From Promethearchaeota archaeon (GTDB taxonomy: Archaea; Asgardarchaeota; Lokiarchaeia; Sigyniarchaeales; SOKP01), in contig JBHLMP010000001.1 of the NCBI GenBank assembly GCA_048938025.1, positions 22,291 to 86,290 on the forward strand: DNA of 64,000 nt. Reading direction: 5' to 3'. Below, piece by piece: positions 20,703 through 31,112 of this stretch (the first letter of the stretch is position 1; each line of letters starts with the position of its first letter). The notes below the pieces were generated by a model. The model had not been told where the DNA came from and did no database searches. It saw nothing but the letters and a program-made list of their open reading frames with translations. Made by a program: the position numbers and the translations under genes.

Positions 20703-20856
20703 TGGCGGGAGGGAGATTCGAACTCCCGAAGACCTCTTGGCAAAACCCAGAAAAGAGCATTTTTTGTCACTGGATCTTAAGTCCAGCACCTATGTTCGGT
20801 CTTGACCCATTTCAAGAAACTACAAGTGACCTTTGACCAGACTCGGTAATCCCGCC
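20703..20856 (-). tRNA. tRNA-Leu(TAA) with two non-canonical introns (D-arm ~41 nt, variable arm ~27 nt)
   Basis: Minus strand: GGCGGGA TT ACC GAGTCTGGTCAAA GGT [intron] G CTGGA CTTAAGA TCCAG TGAC[intron]..GTC TTC GGGAG TTCGAAT CTCCC TCCCGCC A. Acceptor, anticodon and T stems pair perfectly. Confidence 0.9.
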
Positions 20857-21229
20857 ATTTTTTATGAGATTATAATAATCTCGTAATCCTACCTTAAGAG
20901 ACGATTTTTATTTTCTATTTGCTTTGATGGGCAATATTCAAAAATTTAAGTTTTAATTTAAATTTTTACTTTGAAATTATGCCCTTAAAGTAAATTTTTC
21001 AATTAGTTGAGAAATATTTGCAATATTTACTACTAAAATAAATTTAGTAAAAATTAAACCAATAAGGATGAAATTTATAAAAAAATAATAACAAATAAAT
21101 AATAAAAATATATTAAAATAATAGCAAAATTATATTGATTATAGTTATTAATAAGAAATTGGATAAAATAGATATCACACAAATATAATTTCTTATTATA
21201 AAAATTTAATATTGATTGAGGTATATATC

Positions 21230-21607
21230 GTGCCTGTGGGTATCCTTGTAATTCGGTGGGACAATGAAATTGGGCCAATCAATGAAGGTTTTTATCCTGG
21301 TAATTTAAAAATTACTAATAATCTCCTCACTCAAGTATATAGTTCACATCGTTATCAATCTCTCAAACCTGGTTTTGCGTCAATTTCCTTGAGAAACAAC
21401 AAAGTTGTGTCATTTTTCTCTGGAGTAGGAAAAGATTATATATCTGTCGAAAATTATGTTGTTGCTCTTATACTGAGACGAGATGAGAAACCTCATAAAT
21501 ATAGGGAGATTTTAAAAACGATTGCTGCTGAAATTCTTGATAAAATTGAGGATGGTAAATTTAAAAAAGTATTACCAAGTTTATATCGAGATTTAGCGAA
21601 AATCTAA
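21230..21607 (+). CDS. uDENN/longin-like protein (NPRL2/DENN-type N-terminus)
   Basis: GTG start at 21230 with a GAGGT SD; MPVGILVIRWDNEIGP resembles the (F/W)D-x-x-x-GP start of uDENN/NPR2 longins. Confidence 0.6.
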   Translation: MPVGILVIRWDNEIGPINEGFYPGNLKITNNLLTQVYSSHRYQSLKPGFASISLRNNKVVSFFSGVGKDYISVENYVVALILRRDEKPHKYREILKTIAAEILDKIEDGKFKKVLPSLYRDLAKI

Positions 21608-21632
21608 ATAAATTTTGAAAAATAGACATAAA

Positions 21633-22637
21633 TTATAATGCATCAATTTTCTTAACTGAAATTTTCCCAAAATCATCTGTTATAAGGAGACCAATGTCCT
21701 GTAATTGTTGAACATTCTTTTTTACTGTTACAATTGGGGAACCAAGAGCTTTTCGTAAATCCTCCAATGAAATCGATCCTACTTTATCTACTATTAGAAA
21801 TGTTTTAAAAAGCGGTTCTTTTTCCATCAAGGGTTTTAATTTATCATAATATTTTATTTTTTGAATACTAGTTTCTTCGGCATCCTGTGTCTCTTCAATT
21901 ATAGATTTAAGTTTAAGAATCTCTGCATTAGCTTCTCGATTCTTATCATTTAATTCTCCTACTTTATTGATTAATGACTCATATTTTTCTCTAATTTGTT
22001 CAAATCTAGAAGCCATATCTTTTGCTTCTGAAGATTTCTCAGTTGAGATTAATTTACTGTCTAATAAGAATGAATCAAGTTTACTAATCTCAATTTTTAA
22101 TTCTTGTGTTTCTTTTCTATGTTTTTCTTCCATTGCTTTTATCATCTCTAACTGATCTTCTTTAAATTTATCAGTAAAGGCTTCTAATTCTTGTATTCTA
22201 TTTTCTAAGTTTATAATTGCTTCATTTTTTAGAATTAGTTCAGAATTTCTTTCAGCTAATTCAGCTCTTAAATTTCCAATAGTTTCATATGATTCTTCTA
22301 ACTTATGCTGTGTTGGGATAATTTGCTTTTGAACAAATTCTAACTCTTTTTTAGCTTGAGCTACTTCACCTTTTGAATATTCCAATTCAATTTCTCTTTC
22401 ATTAAGTAGCTGACGTTGCTCTCCAATTATCTCTTTCAACTCTAATATATCTTCTGGAATATCATACATTTTAGATATTTTTTTTTTTTGTTCCTCAATA
22501 ATACCTTCTTGATCGCTAATAATATGTTTTTGCCTTTCTGCTAATTCTTTTAATCTGTCTACACTTGATTGTAATAACGCTGTTTCTTTCTCACTGGATT
22601 CAAGATCATCTAATATTTCTTTTAAATCTTTAGACAT
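21633..22637 (-). CDS. Long coiled-coil protein with C-terminal winged-helix domain
   Basis: About 265 aa of heptad-rich E/K/L sequence, then GSISLEDLRKALG...KKNVQQLQDIGLL. Confidence 0.65.
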   Translation of the reverse strand: MSKDLKEILDDLESSEKETALLQSSVDRLKELAERQKHIISDQEGIIEEQKKKISKMYDIPEDILELKEIIGEQRQLLNEREIELEYSKGEVAQAKKELEFVQKQIIPTQHKLEESYETIGNLRAELAERNSELILKNEAIINLENRIQELEAFTDKFKEDQLEMIKAMEEKHRKETQELKIEISKLDSFLLDSKLISTEKSSEAKDMASRFEQIREKYESLINKVGELNDKNREANAEILKLKSIIEETQDAEETSIQKIKYYDKLKPLMEKEPLFKTFLIVDKVGSISLEDLRKALGSPIVTVKKNVQQLQDIGLLITDDFGKISVKKIDAL

Positions 22638-22855
22638 GGTTCTTTTACTCTTAAATTGATTAAAAAAAATCCAATTACAATATTTTTAATTTAATATATA
22701 AGATTAAATATTTAAATTAAGACTTATAACTAATATGAGAGATTTATTTTATATAATTTTCGAATTCATTAGAATTTAAATAAAGTTAGAGTTCTGATGA
22801 ATTATAATCATTGGATAAAATAACTTTTTTATCCTTACATCTTTTATTTAATATT

Positions 22856-24058
22856 ATGGTATTAATTTCTCCAATAAGACCGTATATTCCTACAGATCCA
22901 GAAGAATTTTGTACTAATCCATATGATGTTATAAGTAAAGAAGAAGAGCATAAGTTAAGGAAAAATCCCAATTCATTAATACATCTTATTTTGCCAGAAG
23001 GAATAGGTGATGAAATTTATAAAAATGCTGGTAAAGCCTATAGAGAGTTTAAAAAGAAAAAGATAATTAAAAAAGAAGAAAAACCAAGCATTTTTGTCTA
23101 TCGACAAGAATCTGCTCAATTTAGTCATCAAGGATTGATATTGGGGATTTCTCTTCAGGATTATGAAGATGGTAATATTGTAAAACATGAACATACCCGT
23201 GAAAAACCGCTTAAAGACCGTACTGATCATATTGTTGCTTCTAATGTTGCAGCAGGTTTAGTATGGACAGTTTTTCAAACTAATAATGAAATTAATGATT
23301 TAATTGAGCAAATAAAGCAAAAAAAACCGAAATTTAATTTTAAGAAATATGGATATCGACATCTGTTATGGCAAGAAACGGATCAGACGGCAATACAAAA
23401 ACTAAAAGACTTATTTAAGAACAAAAAAGTTTATATTGCTGATGGACATCATAGAGCCGCTAGTGCTGCAGAATACCGTAAAATACAATTGAAAAAGTAT
23501 GTTTTAGAAAAAAAGAATGGAACTCCTTGGCAGTATTTATTATCTTATGTAGCATCTGACGATCAAGTTCAGATTTTGCCATATAATCGTGTGATCAAAA
23601 AGCTTCTGTTATCTGAAATGGAATTTTTAAAAAAACTGGAGGATGATTTCAATATAAAACCTATGGAAAAACCTTTTAATCCAGAAAAAAAGAATGTAAT
23701 GGCCATCTGTTTGAAAGGTAAGTGGTATAAACTCATGATCAAGGAAAGAAATTTTTCCACTAAAAGAGAAAGTTTGGATGTAAGTATCCTCCAAGATAAA
23801 ATTTTGGAACCCATTTTAGGTATTAAAGATCCTCGTGCTGATGAAAATCTTTTTTTTGTTGGAGGTTTACAGGATCCAAGAGAAATGGAAAAATATATAA
23901 TTAACAATGGAAATGATTTATTTATTAATTTATTTCCAGTAGATATTAAAGATATAGAATTTATCGCAGAAGAAGGAGGAGTACTCCCACCAAAATCTAC
24001 ATGGTTTGAACCAAAAGTTCTATCAGGCTTAGTTTTATTTGATTTAAAAAAATTTTAA
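22856..24058 (+). CDS. DUF1015 family protein (ParB/Srx-like fold, serA/serC-associated)
   Basis: PYDVIS, KHEHT, YIADGHHRAASA, PPKSTWFEPK..SGL; start placed at ATG 22856. Confidence 0.88.
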   Translation: MVLISPIRPYIPTDPEEFCTNPYDVISKEEEHKLRKNPNSLIHLILPEGIGDEIYKNAGKAYREFKKKKIIKKEEKPSIFVYRQESAQFSHQGLILGISLQDYEDGNIVKHEHTREKPLKDRTDHIVASNVAAGLVWTVFQTNNEINDLIEQIKQKKPKFNFKKYGYRHLLWQETDQTAIQKLKDLFKNKKVYIADGHHRAASAAEYRKIQLKKYVLEKKNGTPWQYLLSYVASDDQVQILPYNRVIKKLLLSEMEFLKKLEDDFNIKPMEKPFNPEKKNVMAICLKGKWYKLMIKERNFSTKRESLDVSILQDKILEPILGIKDPRADENLFFVGGLQDPREMEKYIINNGNDLFINLFPVDIKDIEFIAEEGGVLPPKSTWFEPKVLSGLVLFDLKKF

Positions 24059-24064
24059 AAAAAA

Positions 24065-25000
24065 TTAATTATTTTTTTTTAGAAAATCTGACATTTTTTT
24101 TGCAATCATAGTAGCAGCAGCAGTCTGATTTTCGATACTTTGGCTAGCTATATGAGGTGTAAGTACTAAATTTTCATCCCAATTAATTAATTCTTGATCT
24201 TTTAATGGTTCTTCACGATACACATCAAGTGCTGCTCCAGCTATATCTTTGTTTTTTAAAGCTTTTAATAATGCTTTTTCATCGATTAAATTGCCTCTTG
24301 CGGTATTAATAATTATTGCATCTTTTCTCATAAGTTTTATTCTATCCTCATTAATCATATTTTCAGTTTGCAGTGTAGCAGGAAGATGCAGTGATATAAT
24401 CTGAGCATCTTTTAATAGATCCTCAACTGAAGGATAAATTGAACATCCAATCTCTATCGCTTCATCAATAGCTACTTGACCTTTACTAAATCTAGAATAA
24501 ACCCCAACACTCATTCCCATCGCAATTGAAATTTTTGCTAAATGTTTTGCTATATTGCCAAATCCTAACAATCCCAGTTTTTTTCCATCTAATGTAAATC
24601 CTAGATATTCATTTTTGTTCCATTTTCCTTGGTGCATTGTACGATCTGCATGAGAAATTTTTCTTGCCAGAGCCAACATCATTCCTAATGCTAATTCTGC
24701 AACGGATACAGCAGGTGCTTCAGGTGTATTTAAAACTTCTATATTCAATTCAGAAGCCTTTTTTCTATCTACATTATCTAATCCAACTCCTGCTCTCCCG
24801 ATAACTTTTAAGTTCTCGGCATTTTCTAGAATATCAGCAGTTAACTTAGTTCTTGAACGAATTACAATACCATCGTATTCTCCTATCTCCTTTTTTAGTT
24901 CTTCTTTGGTTATATTAAATTTTTTAATAACCTCAAATCCATTATCTTCAAAAATTTTAATGCCTTCATCTTGAAGTTTATCACTAATTAATATTTTCAA
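24065..25000 (-). CDS. serA: D-3-phosphoglycerate dehydrogenase (no ACT domain)
   Basis: VIRSRTK, GRAGVGLDNVD, SVAEL, GLLGFGNIA, INTARG, DVYREEP, TPHIA. Confidence 0.88.
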   Translation of the reverse strand: MKILISDKLQDEGIKIFEDNGFEVIKKFNITKEELKKEIGEYDGIVIRSRTKLTADILENAENLKVIGRAGVGLDNVDRKKASELNIEVLNTPEAPAVSVAELALGMMLALARKISHADRTMHQGKWNKNEYLGFTLDGKKLGLLGFGNIAKHLAKISIAMGMSVGVYSRFSKGQVAIDEAIEIGCSIYPSVEDLLKDAQIISLHLPATLQTENMINEDRIKLMRKDAIIINTARGNLIDEKALLKALKNKDIAGAALDVYREEPLKDQELINWDENLVLTPHIASQSIENQTAAATMIAKKMSDFLKKNN

Positions 25001-25164
25001 TTACATCACATGGATTTATTTTAATTAAAATGAATATTTTTTTTAGTCTGTACAGCTTTAAAGAGTTTTTGCTATTTTATCAAAATCCTCCCTGACTTAT
25101 ATCGATTTATTTCAAAAAGAAGATTTAAAAAATAGTAAAAAAAGATTATTAATTCCAATTCTTC

Positions 25165-26277
25165 TTATTTTAACTCGTCTATAATCTCGGCAAGAACTTT
25201 TAGCATTTTTTCAAGGTCTTTAAGTTGAATTTCCCCCATATGCCCAATCCGGAATGTTTTATCTACTAGTTGTCCATATCCATTGACAATTCGGTAACCC
25301 TTTTCAAGGAGGTTAGAAACCATAATTGGAATATCAAGATTTAATGAATTATTTATAGTAGATACAGTATTTGATTCATAACCTTTTTCAGGAAATATTT
25401 CAAGATTTATGTCGCGAGCCCACATACGCGTTCGCTTTCCAAGTTGTTCATGTCTTTCAAATCTTTTCTCTAATCCTTCCCTATTTAATATAAAGTCTAA
25501 TTGAGCAGTTAAACCTCTTATTTGCGGTATAGGTGGAGTTGTTGGAGTTTGATGCTTAGCGTTTCTTTTTTTCAATTCAATAAAGTCAAAATATAAACCT
25601 CTATTTTTCACTTCTTGTGCTTTCTCGAAAGCAGCGTCAGAAACAGAGCAAACAGCAAGACCTGGTGGTAAAGCAAAACATTTTTGAACAGAAGCTAAAC
25701 AAACATCTATCCCTAGCTTATCAACTTCTACTTTTACTCCTGCCATAGAGGAAGTAGCATCAACACATACTAAAGCCCCTGAATCTTTAATAATTGGAAC
25801 TACTTCATCAATTGGATTATAGACTCCTGTAGATGTTTCATTCGATTGAATAAAAACAACTGAATAATTATCTTTATTTGATGCTTCTTGAGCAATTTCA
25901 GGGGTTATTGCCTTGCCCCATACAACATCCTCTTTAACACAATTCTTTCCGTTCGTTACTCCTATATCGTACCATCGATCTCCAAAAGCCCCAATTGAAA
26001 AGAATAATGCTTTTTCATCATCTTTCACTAAATTTCTAACACAGGCTTCCATGATACCTGTAGCGCTTGATGTAAATATAAGACATTCATTTTGAGTAAA
26101 AAGTAATTTTTGAAGTCCTTCTGTTGCGATTTGATGCATTTCTGCATAAGCTTGAGACCTATGCGTATCATTTGGTTTTGCTATTTCTTTTAAAACTCTT
26201 TCTGGAACATAAACCGGTCCTGGAGTAAATAATTTTAATTGAGAACCTTTCTCTTTATTAAAATGAATATTGGTCAT
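25165..26277 (-). CDS. Class V PLP aminotransferase (phosphoserine / serine-glyoxylate type)
   Basis: LFTPGP, NETSTGV, VDATSS, SVQKCFALPPGL, FRIGHMG; upstream of serA. Confidence 0.88.
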   Translation of the reverse strand: MTNIHFNKEKGSQLKLFTPGPVYVPERVLKEIAKPNDTHRSQAYAEMHQIATEGLQKLLFTQNECLIFTSSATGIMEACVRNLVKDDEKALFFSIGAFGDRWYDIGVTNGKNCVKEDVVWGKAITPEIAQEASNKDNYSVVFIQSNETSTGVYNPIDEVVPIIKDSGALVCVDATSSMAGVKVEVDKLGIDVCLASVQKCFALPPGLAVCSVSDAAFEKAQEVKNRGLYFDFIELKKRNAKHQTPTTPPIPQIRGLTAQLDFILNREGLEKRFERHEQLGKRTRMWARDINLEIFPEKGYESNTVSTINNSLNLDIPIMVSNLLEKGYRIVNGYGQLVDKTFRIGHMGEIQLKDLEKMLKVLAEIIDELK

Positions 26278-26492
26278 AGCTTTTCATTTTTTAGATTAAT
26301 TTAAAATTTTTAGATTAATACATTAAATTAAGTACTACTGTTTGATATAATTTTTATTATTTTTCTTCTATAAATTTTAACTGAATAAGTCCAATTAATA
26401 TATCATTTCTTTGGATAATAAAATCAAAAGGTTTGATAGAATAAGAAAATTCTAAAAATAAGTATTTTCTGTTATTTTTATTTACTCTTCTT

Positions 26493-27161
26493 TTATTGCG
26501 TTTTTTCCTTGATTAACTCAATAGCTTTCTCTGATACTATTTCTATTGGAAATTCATTGATTAATTGAAAAAGAAATTTAAAAATCACTAACTTTCTTAA
26601 ATATAATATTGAAATTCGATATTCACTCAAATATAATGCTGCTCTACCAAGTCCATTAAGTAAAAGCACGATTGGTATTAAGATAAGATTATAAATAAAA
26701 CCACTCTTCGCGAATTTAAATGCAAATATAGTATAAATTATAGTTAAGATGCCTAGTATTATATTAACCATTCGAAATTTAAACAAATAGGAGTTAATAA
26801 TCACTCCTTTAAATATTCCCGCTAAGCCTACAATGATCAGAAAAATTCCTAAAAAATAAATAATATAACCTTTTGTGATATTAGGTTGGGAAAAAAGGAT
26901 AGAGAGAACGAATATGCTAAAGGTTATATAAAACGATCCAAAAATAAGATTTTTCACTCGAGATTCTTTAAGATTTTTATTAAAAAAACCCCTCATAACT
27001 TTATAGATCCCCACAAGGAACATTGTAGAAATAGGATAAACCATAAGTGACATTATAAGAATAAGATGAAAAAATAAAAATAAGACTAAAATTGTAATTA
27101 GGATTGTTGAAAGAATAAAGTCATCAGCAAGTACTTTTTGTTTATGAAGTCTTACTTCCAT
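26493..27161 (-). CDS. Membrane protein (HdeD/DUF308-like)
   Basis: About 6 hydrophobic helices with repeated G-x-x-x-I..G patterns. Confidence 0.55.
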   Translation of the reverse strand: MEVRLHKQKVLADDFILSTILITILVLFLFFHLILIMSLMVYPISTMFLVGIYKVMRGFFNKNLKESRVKNLIFGSFYITFSIFVLSILFSQPNITKGYIIYFLGIFLIIVGLAGIFKGVIINSYLFKFRMVNIILGILTIIYTIFAFKFAKSGFIYNLILIPIVLLLNGLGRAALYLSEYRISILYLRKLVIFKFLFQLINEFPIEIVSEKAIELIKEKTQ

Positions 27162-27294
27162 AATAAAGAATCATTTTATAATGTTAGATCATCGAACATT
27201 TGATATAATATATTCATTCAATGTATATATTTTTATTGACAATTAACCATTGAAATATTCATATTTTGATCATTTAAAATTGAATTTATTCGAT

Positions 27295-28323
27295 TCATAG
27301 ACATAAAGTAAATTTAGTGCCTACACTAGTATTAAAGGCTTTAATTTGAGGATTATTTTCTTTTTCAATTGCTTTAATAAATTTTTCACCTGAGCAATGA
27401 ATTGGAAACATATACAAGGGTTCTTTGTATTCTTGAAATGTTGTTAAGTACTCTATAGTATTTTTAATCCTTTCATCTGAAGCACCAGCCATATGAAGAC
27501 CCCCAATAATATGCGTTATTGGTTTATTTGTTAAATCTTTCACATAAGATATTGTGTTTTTAAGACCAGAATGACAACAACCATCCAATAATGCAATATT
27601 CTCTTTAAATTCAAGAATTAAGCACTTATCATCATAAATTTTATCAATTGTAAGAATATTATCCTTTAGAAATATTGCATTATCAAAATCCTCATCTTTA
27701 TATATTCTTGGAATCTCTCCCGAAATAGTAACCTTTAAATCATCGATATTTAATATTTCATAGACATCGTTCGAAAAAATAACTTCTCCATTTAATTCTT
27801 CTACTAATTCTAGATCAATTGATTTTTGATTAATTATCTTAGATTCTGTTAATAAATGTAATATCTTTTGTCTTGTTTTACCTAATAAATCTTCCTTTTT
27901 TACATCTTCAGATCTTTTAAAAAATCTCTCATATTGAGAGTTTTCATGACAAATTATTGGAACTCTCTTTCCAATTCTTTCTAAAATCTTATAAAGACCA
28001 CCAATATGATCATAATGCCAGTGTGATAAAATTATAAAATCAACGTCATGTAGAGTAGCCTTTCTAATATCTAGATTATGTAAATAAGTTAAATTTGGAC
28101 CGCCTGTATCGAATATTATTTTTTTAATAAGTTTAAAATTTTCTTTATTTTGGGAATTAATTAATTTATATACATTAATCAGAAATCCTAAGCCATGTTC
28201 GGCCAAAGAACGAGTCGAAAATAATTTATTTAATTCAATAAATTCTAACCCGTAGTCTTTTTTTAGATTTTGAAAGGGTAAAACCGTGTTATTAGTTAAA
28301 AGAATTATTTCTACTTTTATCAT
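27295..28323 (-). CDS. Metallo-beta-lactamase-fold hydrolase (COG1237-like)
   Basis: AEHG, FDTG, SHWHYDHIGG, GCCHSG, GGLH, HCSG. Confidence 0.88.
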   Translation of the reverse strand: MIKVEIILLTNNTVLPFQNLKKDYGLEFIELNKLFSTRSLAEHGLGFLINVYKLINSQNKENFKLIKKIIFDTGGPNLTYLHNLDIRKATLHDVDFIILSHWHYDHIGGLYKILERIGKRVPIICHENSQYERFFKRSEDVKKEDLLGKTRQKILHLLTESKIINQKSIDLELVEELNGEVIFSNDVYEILNIDDLKVTISGEIPRIYKDEDFDNAIFLKDNILTIDKIYDDKCLILEFKENIALLDGCCHSGLKNTISYVKDLTNKPITHIIGGLHMAGASDERIKNTIEYLTTFQEYKEPLYMFPIHCSGEKFIKAIEKENNPQIKAFNTSVGTKFTLCL

Positions 28324-28342
28324 AATTTTAAATCCTTTATCA

Positions 28343-29272
28343 CTATAAAAATAAGATAATATAATTACCTACGATTATTAAAAAAACTGCTATTATAAAT
28401 CTTTTACGCAATTTCTCCTTTAAAATAAGAATTGAGAAAATTTGTTGAACCATCGGCGTATTTACAGTAAATGTGGAAGTTAAAATTAACCCATTGATTT
28501 CTGCTGCTTTATAAAATAAGGTATCAGCAAAACCAAGAGATAGAACGCCCCCCAATCCAATATATATGAAATATTTCAAATTTTCTCTATTTTCTTTTTT
28601 AAAACCGTCATAATATTCCTTTTGAAATATTCCTAATAATCCAATAGTTATCGTCGCAAAACTAACTCTAAAGAAGTTTGTTACAAATACATCTCCAGTT
28701 ATGATCCTTGCCTGGTTATATGAAATTATCGCTAGAGCCCAAAAAAAAGCAGTTCCTATTGCTAATATTACCCCTAATATTAAATTCTCTGGAGGTTTAT
28801 CCTCGTTGATAGAATTAATATTTTCAGGTTTATCCTTAGAACTTAAGATAAATACACTCGAAAGAATTAAAAGGCCTCCTATTAGGATTGAAAAAGTAAT
28901 CATTTCACCAAAAAAAATAAAAGAAAAGGGATATACAAAAAGAAGCGAAAGTTGGACAAGTGGATATGCTCTTGAAGCATCGATCCTTTTCAGAGACATA
29001 TAATAACATAAATCTCCGATAGTAACACTTAGACCAGAGATAAAACAAGCTATTAGATAACCAATTAGTTCTTGTTCATTAAGATTTCTTAAAAATATAT
29101 AATTACCAAAAGCTAAAGAGAAAAGAAATGTTCCTAAACTAGTGCAGCAAAGGCGAAAAAATAAATTTCCTTTAGCAGGGGTTTTTTCGAGACCCCATTT
29201 ATATACTAAGGAGGCTAAAGCCCATGTAAATATTGCATCAATAGTTAGGATAAAACCTATTAGCTCAGCCAT
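28343..29272 (-). CDS. EamA/DMT family transporter
   Basis: Two repeats of 5 TM; ASRAYPL, FFGEMIT, ILKEKL. Confidence 0.87.
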   Translation of the reverse strand: MAELIGFILTIDAIFTWALASLVYKWGLEKTPAKGNLFFRLCCTSLGTFLFSLAFGNYIFLRNLNEQELIGYLIACFISGLSVTIGDLCYYMSLKRIDASRAYPLVQLSLLFVYPFSFIFFGEMITFSILIGGLLILSSVFILSSKDKPENINSINEDKPPENLILGVILAIGTAFFWALAIISYNQARIITGDVFVTNFFRVSFATITIGLLGIFQKEYYDGFKKENRENLKYFIYIGLGGVLSLGFADTLFYKAAEINGLILTSTFTVNTPMVQQIFSILILKEKLRKRFIIAVFLIIVGNYIILFL

Positions 29273-29378
29273 TAAATTAGAATTATTTCTTATTATTTTA
29301 AAACTATTTTAAAAAGAATATGATGGATAAAAAAAATTTAATATTAAAAAAATAATAAATAGTTTTGAATCTTAAATA

Positions 29379-29699
29379 CTACTCTGGAAATGCTGGATGT
29401 GGAATATATAATTCAATTTTCTGCCATTCTATAATTGAATCTAGTTTTTTCGTTAATTTTTGAAGAACAGGATCTAAAAATCCTTTTGTCATTATCTTTT
29501 CCATTTTTGCTAAACTTTCCCATTCTCTTTCAATTATGACTGTATTAGTGTCTAAAGATCCTGAAATGCAGCGGTAACGCTTTTTTGGAGGATAACCAAG
29601 TTGTTCCTCAATTTCATTAAATTTTTTATCGATATCTTCTAAATCATCCCATTTTCCATTAGCAACTCTTTGAATCTCTCTATTAATAACAATTACCAT
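29379..29699 (-). CDS. Small hypothetical protein (NIPSNAP / dimeric alpha-beta barrel-like)
   Basis: NTVIIEREWESLA..E pattern; clear ATG with SD. Confidence 0.5.
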   Translation of the reverse strand: MVIVINREIQRVANGKWDDLEDIDKKFNEIEEQLGYPPKKRYRCISGSLDTNTVIIEREWESLAKMEKIMTKGFLDPVLQKLTKKLDSIIEWQKIELYIPHPAFPE

Positions 29700-29865
29700 T
29701 TAATTATCACCTATTATAAAATTCTAATTAATTTACAAAAAAACAATTATAATTGTAATTATAATTTTATTTAGTTTTCCTAAAATGTAAATTCTTTTTA
29801 TGAATAATAAGACAAATTTGAATTTAAAACAAAGCTTACTTAATATCGAATTTTTTGTTCTATTT

Positions 29866-31035
29866 TCATTTCAGCTTTAAAAGAAAATCTTTATTAGGAA
29901 TTTGATTGAAAATAAACAATTTTGCAACTTCTTCTCTAAAATCTCCATTTTTTTCTGTTAACTCAAACAATTTAGATAAATTACGCCCATTATTTTCAAA
30001 AAAGAAATCTGTCAAAGAGTTTTTTAACTTGAAATTCATAATAATCTTTTTTATATTTGGATGTAATTTATATCTTTTTAACGTCTGTTTTGAAATAGTT
30101 TCTTCATTTAAGGCTTTAATTGCTGTTTCAGCTGCAATTTGACCAGATACTATACTAGGATGTATTCCTTCACCGCTTATAGGAGAAACAAAACCTGCAG
30201 CGTCTCCGATAATCATAATATTTTCATTGCATAAACTATTAACTTTTACTCCTGAGGATGGAACCGGATAAGCTGCATTCCATAACTCTTTATAATTTGA
30301 ATTTGGAAAGAATTCTTTAATATAGGGTTCATTAATAAATTCGTTAAAAATTGCATTTATATTACATTTTTGAAAATTTTGCTTTGATATTCCAGTACCA
30401 ATATTAAACTTTGTTTCACTTAAAGGGAAGATCCAGCCGTATCCTTTATAAGGTCTAAAAAAAATCGATATTGTTTCTTTATCTAATAAGTTCTTTCCTT
30501 CCATTATGGCAGATTTCACTAAAAAAAGTTCACTTATTTTCCATTTTTCACGTAACCCAGATTTATTAGCTAATTTAGAACTCATCCCATCAGCAATTAT
30601 AATAATTTTGCTTAAGTATTCTTTAACACCAGTAGATGTTTTAGTTTTTATACCAATTTTATGATTATCTTTTGTTAGAAAATCAAATGAAATATTCTTA
30701 TCAAATAATTCAGCTCCCGCGTCTAAAGCAACTTTTCTTATGAAATTATCAAATTCAAGACGATCCACATTGATAGCATAGTCTCTTATTCCTTTCCAAT
30801 TGTATTTAAAATTATGATAATCAGCAGAATACATAGAAATTTCATATACGCGCTGATAGTTTATTTTATGCAGTTGAGGGTAATACTTAAAAATTCTTGA
30901 ACTTACAGTACCTCCACATGGTTTCCTCCAGTTTGTATCTCTTTCTATTAATGCAACTTTATATCCACTTTTTGCGATAATTTCTGCACATTTTGAACCA
31001 CTAGGTCCCGCACCTGATACAACAACGTCAAACAT
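29866..31035 (-). CDS. Geranylgeranyl reductase family FAD oxidoreductase (DGGGPL reductase-like)
   Basis: GAGPSGS, KPCGG, DRLEFD, IADG, GYGWIFP, IGDAAGFVSPISGEGI. Confidence 0.9.
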   Translation of the reverse strand: MFDVVVSGAGPSGSKCAEIIAKSGYKVALIERDTNWRKPCGGTVSSRIFKYYPQLHKINYQRVYEISMYSADYHNFKYNWKGIRDYAINVDRLEFDNFIRKVALDAGAELFDKNISFDFLTKDNHKIGIKTKTSTGVKEYLSKIIIIADGMSSKLANKSGLREKWKISELFLVKSAIMEGKNLLDKETISIFFRPYKGYGWIFPLSETKFNIGTGISKQNFQKCNINAIFNEFINEPYIKEFFPNSNYKELWNAAYPVPSSGVKVNSLCNENIMIIGDAAGFVSPISGEGIHPSIVSGQIAAETAIKALNEETISKQTLKRYKLHPNIKKIIMNFKLKNSLTDFFFENNGRNLSKLFELTEKNGDFREEVAKLFIFNQIPNKDFLLKLK

Positions 31036-31112
31036 ATTAATTCAATATCATAGCTTTCAAATAATCATTATAATGGATTAAGTTTTAAAAATAAAATCAT
31101 AGACATGTTAAT

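Noticed and set aside
21075-21278. 67-aa minus-strand ORF in the AT-rich spacer
   Set aside because: Low-complexity translation of a promoter region that overlaps the longin-like gene start
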